64,000 nucleotides of DNA. Source: a virus. Lineage: Duplodnaviria > Caudoviricetes. Shown here in pieces: positions 8,742 to 17,795 of the stretch (position 1 is the first letter of the stretch; each line of letters opens with the position of its first letter). The stretch lies in IMG/VR virus record IMGVR_UViG_3300032373_000001. One strand, written 5' to 3'. A program made the translations under genes and the position numbers. The notes under the pieces were generated by a model. It saw nothing but the letters and a program-made list of their open reading frames with translations, ran no database searches and had not been told where the DNA came from.

Positions 8742-9956
8742 CTACTTGTCGCCATCTTCGTCGAACATGCCGTCCAAGCCCTTCAGCTCCGCGCTGATCT
8801 CGTCATCCTCCTCCAGCGCCTCGTCCGAGAACTGCGCGGCGGCTCCCTGACCCAGGAGCGGTCGGACCGTATCCCGGAGAGCATCCACCAACTCCGGGTT
8901 CTCCTTGAGGTGCTTGAGGAACTTCTCAGTCCCCTGAAGCATGAGGGACTTGCCCGGAGCACCTTCCCATTTGACCCAGGAGCCGGACTGCTTGATGATG
9001 CCATGAGCCTTGGCGATCTCCAGGAAGGAGCGGACATTGTCGATGCCCTCCCCCCAGCGGATGTAGAAGATCTCCTCACGACCCTGGCTGCGGCTCATCT
9101 TGCACTTGATGGCGGTGACCTTGATGACACCACCGACCGTGCGCTCCTCGGTCTTGTGGGTCAGCTCGTTGAACTCCTTCGCCTTCTCGTTCTGGACACG
9201 ACGGAGCTCCAGGCGAACCGAACTGTAGAACTTCCAGGCGTTGCCACCCTGCGGCTTGCTCTGCTTGCCCATCCGGGCCATGGTGGCGCGGACCTGACTG
9301 ATGCCGATGACCGCAGTGCCCGTCCGGGCAATGACACCCTTGAGCTTCGGCAGCTCCTGGGACCACACCGCCTGAAGCTCGCCGACCTTGCCCTGCTCAG
9401 CCGAGTCCAAGGCATCGCGCTCGGCCAGACGACGAGGCACCGCCGCACCGACCGAGTCGAAGACGATGACATCGACGCCTGCGGTGGCATAAGCGATGGC
9501 GAACTTCACTCCGTCCTCGAGGGTCTCCGGCTGAAGCAGCTCGAAGCGGTCGGGGTCGGTGATCGGGATACCCAAGCTGGCTGCGTAGTCTGGGACGATG
9601 TCGTTCTCCCAGTCGATGTAGACAGCGGTGCCCCCTGCGGCACAAACCGCAGCACAGCACTCCAGGGCCAGCGTGGTCTTACCAGCCGACTCGTGGCCCC
9701 AGATCTGGACGACGCGACCTCGCGGAAAGCCAGGGCAAGGGGGGACGCCGAAGGAGTTGGGCTCACCGCCGATGAGGTAGTCGATCACCTCACACCCAGA
9801 AGTGAGGTGGGGGAGGCTCTGACGAAGGGCCTCCGGATCCAGCGCCACGCGGATGTCGGTGAACTTCTTCTTCAGCTTCTTTTCGAGGTAGCCGCGCGCT
9901 GCGGCCAGGGGGCTCTGCGCCCCGCTCAGGTCTTTTGAGGACTTAACGGTAGCCAT
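8742..9956 (-). CDS. recA: RecA/UvsX recombinase
   Basis: GRVVQIWGHESAGKTTLAL, VFDSVGA, GGNAWKFYSSVRLE; ATG 9956 overlaps the RuvC stop (TGATG). Confidence 0.95.
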   Translation of the reverse strand: MATVKSSKDLSGAQSPLAAARGYLEKKLKKKFTDIRVALDPEALRQSLPHLTSGCEVIDYLIGGEPNSFGVPPCPGFPRGRVVQIWGHESAGKTTLALECCAAVCAAGGTAVYIDWENDIVPDYAASLGIPITDPDRFELLQPETLEDGVKFAIAYATAGVDVIVFDSVGAAVPRRLAERDALDSAEQGKVGELQAVWSQELPKLKGVIARTGTAVIGISQVRATMARMGKQSKPQGGNAWKFYSSVRLELRRVQNEKAKEFNELTHKTEERTVGGVIKVTAIKCKMSRSQGREEIFYIRWGEGIDNVRSFLEIAKAHGIIKQSGSWVKWEGAPGKSLMLQGTEKFLKHLKENPELVDALRDTVRPLLGQGAAAQFSDEALEEDDEISAELKGLDGMFDEDGDK

Positions 9957-10606
9957 CAGGACTCCAGGTTGGACCAAAGGAAGAAACGGTCGTCTTCCCG
10001 GTAGATTGTGCCGCGCTTGACCGTCTTGCCAGCCTTCTTGCCGCGCGTAAACACCTTCACCTCAGTGAAGAACTTCCGCTCGACGGGGGAGAGGTCGGCT
10101 TGGGAGAGGGTGCCATCGTATAGCTCCCAGAACCGAGCGCTCAGTCTGGCGCAATGGTATGCGTCGGCTTCGTTGTGGTTCCAGCGGCCAGGTCCTGCAT
10201 CGACCTTGACTGCCTCGACCATGTCTTTCTTGTCCATCTTCCACCCCTTGGGGCGGTTGACGAGCTCTCTTGCGTGCGCCTTCAACTGGAGCGGGGTCCA
10301 GAAGACGACATCACATCGGGTCTGGCGGAGGGCCTCGCACGTGAACAGGAACAGGCCGTACATTCCTTCCGACCACAAGTTCCCGAAGACTGGGAACTCA
10401 ACACCCACGGCGTCGGGCCGAAGTTCTTCGACCAGCTCCACCAAGCGCTGGCGTTGCAGCATGTAGCGGGTGATGAATTCTTGCTTGGACGAGGTCTGGA
10501 ACCGACCTCGTTGCTCGCACCGCCGAGGATCTCCTCCCGGCATGGAGGTGTCGTGCAGCGCCCAACCGTAGTTGGTCAGGGAAGGGTCTACGCCCAAGAC
10601 TCTCAT
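9956..10606 (-). CDS. RuvC-like Holliday junction resolvase
   Basis: VLGVDPSLTNYGWA, VGVEFP, NHNEADA acidic catalytic pattern. Confidence 0.85.
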   Translation of the reverse strand: MRVLGVDPSLTNYGWALHDTSMPGGDPRRCEQRGRFQTSSKQEFITRYMLQRQRLVELVEELRPDAVGVEFPVFGNLWSEGMYGLFLFTCEALRQTRCDVVFWTPLQLKAHARELVNRPKGWKMDKKDMVEAVKVDAGPGRWNHNEADAYHCARLSARFWELYDGTLSQADLSPVERKFFTEVKVFTRGKKAGKTVKRGTIYREDDRFFLWSNLES

Positions 10607-10680
10607 TCAAGCACTCCAACGGAAAAGGGGCCAGGAGAACGCACCCCCTGGCCCCGGCATCCCTCGCGGGTGAGGGATGC

Positions 10681-11469
10681 TCAGATCACGCCGTCCAGCA
10701 TTCCATCGACGTCCGCAGCGATGTTCGCCGAGTTGTTGAGGGCGGTGGCGGGGTCCTTCCCATCACGCTTGGCGATGACCTCGGCCACAGTCATCTTCGT
10801 AGCCAGCTCGGCAGGAAGGCCGTCGACGATGGCCTTCACCTGGGAGAGGATCTTCCGAACGGTGGCCTTGGCCTGCGGCTTCTCGCTCGCCATGAGCGAG
10901 GCGAGAAGGTTGGCGGGGAGCTCGTCGCTCTCCTGCTCTGCGAGGAAGGTCAGCTTCTGGTACTCAGCACCGTTCTCCGGGCAGGAGAACAGCACGTCGT
11001 GCCGGCTGAGCGGGTTGCGCTTGTGGATCTTGGCGACCTGCTTGTACTTCTCGCTGTCGCCGTGGATCCACGGGAGGACCTTCCAGCCCTTGCCCTTGGA
11101 GAACTTGTTCATGTCCAGGTCGCCCTCGTCGTTGGTCGGCCAGACGACAACGACGGTTGCAATGGCAGTCTTGGGCTTGCCGAACGTGTTGAACGCCGGA
11201 CCATCGTGGAGAACGTAACCGGCCCCCTTGACGTAGTGGCGCTGGCAGCCGGTGAACCGGGGGACCGCCTTGGGGTTGAAGGTGCCGTCGGGCTGAATCA
11301 GGCCCTCTGTGGTCCAGGTAGGGTTGCCGTCATCGTCGGGCTCTCCGGGGATGCTGAACCAGGCGAAGGAGATGCGGTCCGAGCAACCGTCCTTCGCACC
11401 GTACTTCTTCTCCTTGGTTCCGACGCCCTCGTCCTCAACGCCGATTCCGAAATCCATGAAGCCGTCCAT
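10681..11469 (-). CDS. probable phage single-stranded DNA-binding protein
   Basis: AAGGAGG RBS before ATG 11469; aromatic/beta-rich core, acidic ends; lies beside RecA/RuvC. Function inferred. Confidence 0.5.
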   Translation of the reverse strand: MDGFMDFGIGVEDEGVGTKEKKYGAKDGCSDRISFAWFSIPGEPDDDGNPTWTTEGLIQPDGTFNPKAVPRFTGCQRHYVKGAGYVLHDGPAFNTFGKPKTAIATVVVVWPTNDEGDLDMNKFSKGKGWKVLPWIHGDSEKYKQVAKIHKRNPLSRHDVLFSCPENGAEYQKLTFLAEQESDELPANLLASLMASEKPQAKATVRKILSQVKAIVDGLPAELATKMTVAEVIAKRDGKDPATALNNSANIAADVDGMLDGVI

Positions 11470-11551
11470 GGCTTCCTCCTTGTGTTGTTGTGCGCCCGTG
11501 GGTGGTAGTGTTGGCGCAGAACCTATTACCCTAACCTTAGACTTGCCAAGC

Positions 11552-12523
11552 CTACGAGAACAGCCCATCAAGTGCGTTTGCGATGTTCTGTTCCTCGGCA
11601 GTCATCCCCGGCTCCTGAGTCAGGACACCGGTGAGAAGGTCATCCAAGAAATCAGCTTCTGCAGTGGAACCCTCGACAGCCTTCTTAGGCTGGGGTTCTG
11701 GCTCAGGCTCGGTTGCGACCGGGACCGGAGGCACTGACGGGACCGGAGGCACGTCTGAGACTGTAGTAGCCCCCAGATGACCGTTCTCACAGAGGGACCC
11801 GTCCGGGGTCTGGTGCTGAGGCTCACCGCAGACGCTACACAACCCCAAGTATGGGTAGGAATGCAGCGGAGGGGCTTCCTCCTGCACCTGCTCCGCCAGC
11901 ATCTCTTGCTCGACCTCTTGGACGGTCTTCCCGGTCTCTCGGGTCCGCTTGAACAGCTCCGTCAGGGACGCCGGGCTCAGGCCCGCAGCGGTTGGGTCCT
12001 CGACCTTTCGGGGGGCTGGCTTGGAGCCCCATCGCTGGCCCAGGCCAATCTGCTCTTGGCAGAGCTTGAGCTGGTCCCGCAGGCGTCCCTGAGCGTCCTT
12101 GAGGTCGGCCTTCTTGGACTTGACCGCGCTCATGATCATCACCAGATCATCTCTGGTTGAGGCCAGTCTCGACGCCAACTCAACTTGGGGGCGGAGCTGG
12201 TAGGTGGCAAGCGCTTCCTGCGTAGACTGGTTGCGGGCGGAACGGATCTCCACGTTGTTGGCATAGAGATCCATCTTCTCCAGGTCCAGGGTCAGCTCTG
12301 CCGTGCGGTGAGCTGCTTTGTACTGCTGGATGAGCGAAGAGATCTTGAGGTAGACTGCCTCGGTCTGACTCAAGAACCCGCGCGTGGCGGAGATCTTCTT
12401 GTTCAGCCTGCCGGGACCGTATCGAAGAGGGTCCGGATCAAGGAGCACCTCCATCGAGGTGAGCGCGGCATACAGCCTGTTGACCGCATCTTGAGAAACC
12501 TGGGGGAGGTCTTCAGCCTTCAT
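11552..12523 (-). CDS. coiled-coil protein, possibly a UvsY-like recombination mediator
   Basis: Long helical N-half, CxxC...C..H knuckle, Pro-rich linker, ends ALDGLFS. Confidence 0.4.
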   Translation of the reverse strand: MKAEDLPQVSQDAVNRLYAALTSMEVLLDPDPLRYGPGRLNKKISATRGFLSQTEAVYLKISSLIQQYKAAHRTAELTLDLEKMDLYANNVEIRSARNQSTQEALATYQLRPQVELASRLASTRDDLVMIMSAVKSKKADLKDAQGRLRDQLKLCQEQIGLGQRWGSKPAPRKVEDPTAAGLSPASLTELFKRTRETGKTVQEVEQEMLAEQVQEEAPPLHSYPYLGLCSVCGEPQHQTPDGSLCENGHLGATTVSDVPPVPSVPPVPVATEPEPEPQPKKAVEGSTAEADFLDDLLTGVLTQEPGMTAEEQNIANALDGLFS

Positions 12524-12529
12524 GTTTCC

Positions 12530-13189
12530 TCACAGGGCTGGGTACAGCACCCGGAAGACATCTCGAACTTGTATGACATCTTCATAAAGGTGCTCGTATA
12601 CACCTTCAGCATTACCTTCCAGATAGGCTTGGTAGACGCCCGAGCCCATGACGCCATCCTGCACGGGCAGTCCCAGGAGGCGGCAGATGGTGTCGAGCTT
12701 CTTGAGGCCAAACCCCTTGGGGTAGCCTCGGCTGGAGTCCGGCCACAGTTCCTGGGTGTCGAGGACACGCTTGTCCCAGGGCTTCTGGAGCGGGGAGCCC
12801 AGGAACTTTGCCAAGGCTGGCATCCCAGCCTTGAGCGCGCGGACCTGAAGGAAGGGGAGGTCAAAGCGCCTGATGTTGTGGCCGACGAACCAGGGGTTCC
12901 GGTAGTTCTGGACGTGCCTCCAGAACTCTTCCAGCACCAGCTTTTCCGAAGAGGGGGAACCATCGCCCCAACAGAGGACAGGATCCCCAGGCCCGACTGC
13001 GAAGCCGATCATCCAGGTGCGACCCAGTGCAGGCCAGAGACTGGTGCTGCGGCGCACCTTGCCCTGGTCCTCGACCGTCAGGTCGCTCTTCGAAGCAAGG
13101 TGCTGCCAGAGGGTATCTTCCTCCTCGGCAGGCAGCGTCTCGATGTCGAGATAGAGGACGGTATCGTTGCGGGAAGGCTTGGTGCTCAT
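12530..13189 (-). CDS. DEDD 3'-5' exonuclease (PolB-exo-like)
   Basis: YLDIET, GHNIRRFDLPFL, HLYEDV motifs. Confidence 0.8.
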   Translation of the reverse strand: MSTKPSRNDTVLYLDIETLPAEEEDTLWQHLASKSDLTVEDQGKVRRSTSLWPALGRTWMIGFAVGPGDPVLCWGDGSPSSEKLVLEEFWRHVQNYRNPWFVGHNIRRFDLPFLQVRALKAGMPALAKFLGSPLQKPWDKRVLDTQELWPDSSRGYPKGFGLKKLDTICRLLGLPVQDGVMGSGVYQAYLEGNAEGVYEHLYEDVIQVRDVFRVLYPAL

Positions 13190-13234
13190 GAGGGCCTCTA
13201 AGTCAGCTTAGAGGATACCCCCAAAGACTCAAAG

Positions 13235-13534
13235 TCACTCGAACACGGGAAATCTCGTCTCCGGGGAACCGCCCCCGGAGACGAGATTTCCCACCGCATC
13301 CTTGCGGGAACGAAAGCGAAAACCCCTCTTCTGGCTGTTGTACCACTTCCGGTCCATGCCCTGCCAGACCTTCCCGAGATTCTTGGGTCCTTGGTAGACC
13401 CAAATGATCCCGATAAGTCGGTCCGGGTCTCTCACCAGACGAACCGACTTATCGGATGCAGATTTGTCGGCCATGTTCTTCAGCTTCTCCAGCCCCCGCA
13501 GAAGCTTCTTCTCGGTGACGGAGGCCCTCTTCAC
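13235..13534 (-). CDS. small basic hypothetical protein
   Basis: 99-aa ORF filling the gap between exonuclease and helicase. Confidence 0.5.
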   Translation of the reverse strand: MKRASVTEKKLLRGLEKLKNMADKSASDKSVRLVRDPDRLIGIIWVYQGPKNLGKVWQGMDRKWYNSQKRGFRFRSRKDAVGNLVSGGGSPETRFPVFE

Positions 13535-13550
13535 CTCAAGGATAGGCCCT

Positions 13551-15986
13551 CTATACCAAGTTGGCCAGTCTCATTGACAGCCCGGAGCTCCGCTCCTGGG
13601 CCTTGTTGTTCCGGATGGCCTTCATCACCGCCGAGCGGGTGCCTACCAGGTAGACGCGCTTCTTGGCTCGGGTGATGGCCGTGTAGAACAGGTTCCGCTG
13701 AAGCTGGCGTCCGAAGGCGTCCAAGACAGGCAGTACGATGACATCGTACTCCTGACCCTGGCTCTTGTGAACAGTCTGCGCATAAGCCAGCCGAAGGACC
13801 TTGACGGCATCCGAGTACTTGTAGCGGATGACCCGGTCCGGGACGCCGGGACCTTCGAAGACCTTGACCTCGATCTCCTTGGCGCGCTTGTCGATGCGGC
13901 TGACCTTACCTACATCCCCGTTGTAGACTCGGTTGTCGTAGTCGTTCTTGATGACCATGACGCGGTCACCCTCGCGGATCACGTCGTTGCCCAGGCGAAC
14001 CTCAACAAGGCCCGACACCTGGGGATTCAGGGCTTGGCGGAGACGGTGGTTGAGGACTGTCACCCCGGAGTCCCCGCCGTGGCGGGGACTCAAGATCTGG
14101 AAGTTGGCGCGCTGGTGGTAGAGGGTCCGGGCCAGGGCCACGACCTGATCGCTGGCGTCGGTCTCATCGGGGGCCTCCTTCAGAACGAAATCCTTCTGGT
14201 CGATCTGAGGGAACTTCCCGGCGTGAACGGCGTGGGCTGCCAGGACGATGCCCGAGGTGTCTGCTTGGCGGAAGATCTTGTCCAGGTGAGTGTGCGGGAA
14301 GACCCCCGACTTCACCATGTCGCGGAGCACGTCACCGGAACCTACAGAGGGCAGCTGGTACGGGTCCCCGACGAAGAGGAAGCGGCAGTCCTCCCGCGTG
14401 GAGATCACGAGCCGATACAGCATGTAGAGGTCGAGCATCGAGCTCTCATCTACGATGACCAGCTTTGCCGGGTGAGGGTTGTCAGGACCATAACCCCACT
14501 CCTGGCTGCCCCGCGCGTTGGGGTCGCGGCCTTCAGAAGACCCAGTCACTCCAACGTAGGTGGCCTCCCGGTCCTCTTGATCCTTGCGGAAGCCCTTCGC
14601 TCCGAAAGCACGGTGAACGGTGTGGGCCTCTACCCCAGTGACGCTGGCCATGCGCTTGGCGGCGATGCCTGTGGGGGCTACAAGCAACAGGGGGATGCCT
14701 GCATCCCGCGCCACACTGACGATGGCCTTCAAGGTCGTGGTCTTGCCCGTGCCGGGAAGGCCCGTGAGGAGGCTCACCGGAGAGATCAGGGCAAGGGTCG
14801 CGGCCTTCATCTGATCCTGCGTGAGGTTGACCTTCTTGGCGCTGGCCCAGCTCTGGAGAGCAGAGCGCGCGGCAACGTCCAGCGTGCGCCCAAATCGGAC
14901 CAAGGCGGTCTCCACATGCCCGCTGGACATCGCCAACATGTCCAGCAACTCGTCTTCTTCCAGGGGCCGCTTCAGCTTCAACGCGAGGGCTTCTGCCGAC
15001 CCCACCTCGACCTTGTAGTGCCACGCATCATACAAGAGCTTGTTGCCGGGGTCTGTATCCCGGTCCACGATGAGCTGGCCGCTCTTGACCAGGGCTCCGA
15101 TGGCTTCAGCGATCTTGCGCGCTGGGGGTTGCCCCGAAGGGACCAACCGGGTGACCCGGTTGACCGCCCCGACCACAGAGCAGTACACGTTGCCTTCTCG
15201 GACCACATCCTTGACGGCGCTGAGCACTGCCCCCTGAAGGCGTCCGGGATGGTCGAGGCCGACGCCCATGCCTTGGGCCAATGCGTCTGCTTCCTTGAAC
15301 GTGATGCCAGGAACCTGGGTGATGACCCACGGGTTGCGAGTCAAGATCTCTTGAAGGTCCCCACCAAACTTCTTCCGGATCCGGCCGATCGCACGGGCGT
15401 TGAGCCCTGCCCGGATCAGGAAGGCCGCGCCGTCGATGTAGGTCCGAAGCGACTTCCAGTTGGTCAAGACGTGGGCAGCGGCGACCTCATCCATCCCCGG
15501 AGCCCCGTCGAGGTCCTCGGCTTCCAGGACCTCGAACATCGTTTTGCCCAGCTGCCGGGCATGGCGCTCCACGGCGTACCGCATCGAAGGCCCGACGCCG
15601 CGGGAAGTCAGTGCCCCCTTGACCCGCTCGTTGGTCCAGTTGTTGAGGCTGACAGGCGACCGAACGCTCTGGAGCTGCTTGCCGTATTGAGGGTGGTTGA
15701 TCCAGCGGCCCTCAAAGGTGAACCAGGTCCCCGGTTTCATCGCCATTCCGGGGAAGTCCCCCTTGACGGTCACCGGGGCAGCGGTGCTCGCGAACAGGCC
15801 CATCGGGTCGTTGGGGTCGTTGACGGGGCTGACGTCCGGGCGGATCTTTAAGATGAAGAAGTCGTCGTTGGAGTAAACCACGTTCAGCACACTTCCGCTG
15901 AACGCTTGAGTCTTACTTTTGGGCTTGGGCACCCGCATCTCCTCTTGGGTTTTTTCGCGATGGCTCCATAGGAGCGCCTGCGTCAC
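13551..15986 (-). CDS. recD2: RecD2-like SF1B DNA helicase
   Basis: N-terminal OB/HhH region, GLPGTGKTT, VDESSM, GDPYQLPSVG, FRQ, LAYAQTVHKSQGQEY, YTAITRAK. Confidence 0.95.
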   Translation of the reverse strand: MTQALLWSHREKTQEEMRVPKPKSKTQAFSGSVLNVVYSNDDFFILKIRPDVSPVNDPNDPMGLFASTAAPVTVKGDFPGMAMKPGTWFTFEGRWINHPQYGKQLQSVRSPVSLNNWTNERVKGALTSRGVGPSMRYAVERHARQLGKTMFEVLEAEDLDGAPGMDEVAAAHVLTNWKSLRTYIDGAAFLIRAGLNARAIGRIRKKFGGDLQEILTRNPWVITQVPGITFKEADALAQGMGVGLDHPGRLQGAVLSAVKDVVREGNVYCSVVGAVNRVTRLVPSGQPPARKIAEAIGALVKSGQLIVDRDTDPGNKLLYDAWHYKVEVGSAEALALKLKRPLEEDELLDMLAMSSGHVETALVRFGRTLDVAARSALQSWASAKKVNLTQDQMKAATLALISPVSLLTGLPGTGKTTTLKAIVSVARDAGIPLLLVAPTGIAAKRMASVTGVEAHTVHRAFGAKGFRKDQEDREATYVGVTGSSEGRDPNARGSQEWGYGPDNPHPAKLVIVDESSMLDLYMLYRLVISTREDCRFLFVGDPYQLPSVGSGDVLRDMVKSGVFPHTHLDKIFRQADTSGIVLAAHAVHAGKFPQIDQKDFVLKEAPDETDASDQVVALARTLYHQRANFQILSPRHGGDSGVTVLNHRLRQALNPQVSGLVEVRLGNDVIREGDRVMVIKNDYDNRVYNGDVGKVSRIDKRAKEIEVKVFEGPGVPDRVIRYKYSDAVKVLRLAYAQTVHKSQGQEYDVIVLPVLDAFGRQLQRNLFYTAITRAKKRVYLVGTRSAVMKAIRNNKAQERSSGLSMRLANLV

Positions 15987-16074
15987 GAGGTCGTACTTAC
16001 CGGCAAAGGAAGCGGGGAGTAGTCCATCGGACTACTCCCCGGCCAGTGCTTGTAATCCCGCCTTGCGGGGCGGA

Positions 16075-17526
16075 TTACTTGTCTTGTTTCTTCTGCTCCA
16101 GGTAGCGGTGCGCGATGCGCTCTGCTGCCCGGTGGCCCCGGTAGTTGGGGTCGATCAGGTGCTGGTCGCTGACCGCCCGATCGAAGGTCTCGCCGAAGTC
16201 CCGCTTCATACGCAGGTGGCGCTGCTCCTGCTCGCGCTCCAACCGAAGCTGCTTGCGGAGCTTCTTGAATCCGGGAACCTTCTTGAGACGGCGCAGGGCC
16301 TTCTCCATCTGGTCGTCGAACACGTCCTGGTCCCAGTCCATGACGTCACGGCGGGTGGGCCCGCGATAGGGCTCCGGACCCTCACCCGCAGGGTAGATGG
16401 GGCCGACTTGGCCGGTCCCACCCGGCCCCGGACGGCGCTGGCTCTCGGTGAGGAACTCCATCAGGTCCTGACGCCCCATGATGAGGCCCGCGATCTCGGA
16501 GCTGCGGAGGGCATCCTCCATCCTCGGCTTGACACCCTTCCGCCACTCGGTGTTGAACAGGACTTCCTTCTTGCGGAGAGCCTCGGAGTCGTTCGGGTCC
16601 AGGTCCAGTTGGCCGCTGCGGATCAGCATCTTCACCGCAGCGCGGGCGTTCAGCGCGACTTGACCGTTCCGGGAGAACTTGAGGAGGGAGGGGTCCTGAC
16701 GAACGAGGTCCCAGATCAACTTCTGGGTCCTCCCGGTCATCCGAGGACGGACCGCAGCGTCCACCAACGCAGCAACCTCCGGGTCCTTGTAGAGGAACTC
16801 CGTGAGCTGTTGCCAGTTGGCGTCTTCGAGGCTGCGAGGGTCAGCCACAGTCTCCTGAACCGAAAGGCCCTCGCCGACTGGGATGTCCAGCGGCATCATG
16901 AAGACCTCTTCCTTGGGCGCGGAGCGGGCCACGTCCATGCCGAACTGTCGGCCCGACTTCTGGGCGATGGCGTTGAGCCCTCCCAGGGTGGGGGCCTTCT
17001 TGGCCCGCGTTCCCAGCCAGTCGAAGACGCCTCGCCGGTTGAGCTTCGACAGCGGGGTGCCCGTGAGGGGGCTGTATCCCAGGAGAAGGCTCGAAGCGAC
17101 GTCCGCCGGCATCAGACCGCGAACAGCATCCTGACCTTGAAAGGCTCCTCGGATACCCTTCAGGAAGCTCGCGAAGACCCCCTGGTTCTTCATGCTGATG
17201 AACTTCCGGACCTCGCTGGCGCTCATCCCCCTCTCGACCATCATGACCTCAAGGAGGCGATTGGGGGTGCCATCCTTGAGGGCCTGCTGAAGCCGGGAGA
17301 AGGTGTATCGGGGCTTCTTGCTGAGGGTGTTGGAAGGTTCCCCAGTCAGGCCCTCAAGGTAGCTCGCGCGGGCGAACAGGTCGAGGTCGAGACTGGCCCG
17401 ACGGTACAGGGACGCCTGAACCCCCCTCACCGGGTCAAAGCTGGCCTCAGCGGAGGCCAGCTTCCGGCGGGAGTCGAATTGGGGCAGGGCCTTGAGGATG
17501 AAGTTGGCGACCAAAACGCGGTTCAT
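16075..17526 (-). CDS. hypothetical protein with a sigma70 region-3-like segment
   Basis: 483 aa from ATG 17526; PLDIPVGEGLSVQETVADP resembles sigma region 3.2; ends AAERIAHRYLEQKKQDK. Confidence 0.55.
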   Translation of the reverse strand: MNRVLVANFILKALPQFDSRRKLASAEASFDPVRGVQASLYRRASLDLDLFARASYLEGLTGEPSNTLSKKPRYTFSRLQQALKDGTPNRLLEVMMVERGMSASEVRKFISMKNQGVFASFLKGIRGAFQGQDAVRGLMPADVASSLLLGYSPLTGTPLSKLNRRGVFDWLGTRAKKAPTLGGLNAIAQKSGRQFGMDVARSAPKEEVFMMPLDIPVGEGLSVQETVADPRSLEDANWQQLTEFLYKDPEVAALVDAAVRPRMTGRTQKLIWDLVRQDPSLLKFSRNGQVALNARAAVKMLIRSGQLDLDPNDSEALRKKEVLFNTEWRKGVKPRMEDALRSSEIAGLIMGRQDLMEFLTESQRRPGPGGTGQVGPIYPAGEGPEPYRGPTRRDVMDWDQDVFDDQMEKALRRLKKVPGFKKLRKQLRLEREQEQRHLRMKRDFGETFDRAVSDQHLIDPNYRGHRAAERIAHRYLEQKKQDK

Positions 17527-17545
17527 GTGTGGCTCCGTGGGCTCG

Positions 17546-17561
17546 CTACGGATATCCGTAG
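17546..17561. promoter_or_regulatory. perfect 16-bp palindrome (operator-like)
   Basis: CTACGGATATCCGTAG in the divergent intergenic region. Confidence 0.45.
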
Positions 17562-17628
17562 ATAAGCTGCTGATTGAACACCCGAAAACCCTGGCTCTGA
17601 GCGAATCGATGAATTTTCCCACGATTTC

Positions 17629-17656
17629 TGATTTCCTGATCGCTCGCGTGCCGTAA
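17629..17656 (+). promoter_or_regulatory. class-1 promoter motif
   Basis: Exact TGATTTC-N15-CCGTAA upstream of 17796. Confidence 0.75.
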
Positions 17657-17795
17657 TGATTTTGTGGCGTGACCCGTACTCGGTTCGCTGACCGGGTCAG
17701 CCACACGGAGCCCCACCCGCAACGGGAACACTCTCGCTCCGTTCTTCCCACAACGTGACACCAGCCCCCTCCTGAGGGGAAAGGTTTAAAACCAG

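Noticed and set aside
13767-15851. Long antisense ORFs (e.g. 13767..15851, 23522..25537, 31338..34061, 36175..37599)
   Set aside because: Mirror frames of GC-biased real genes; no motifs or RBS.
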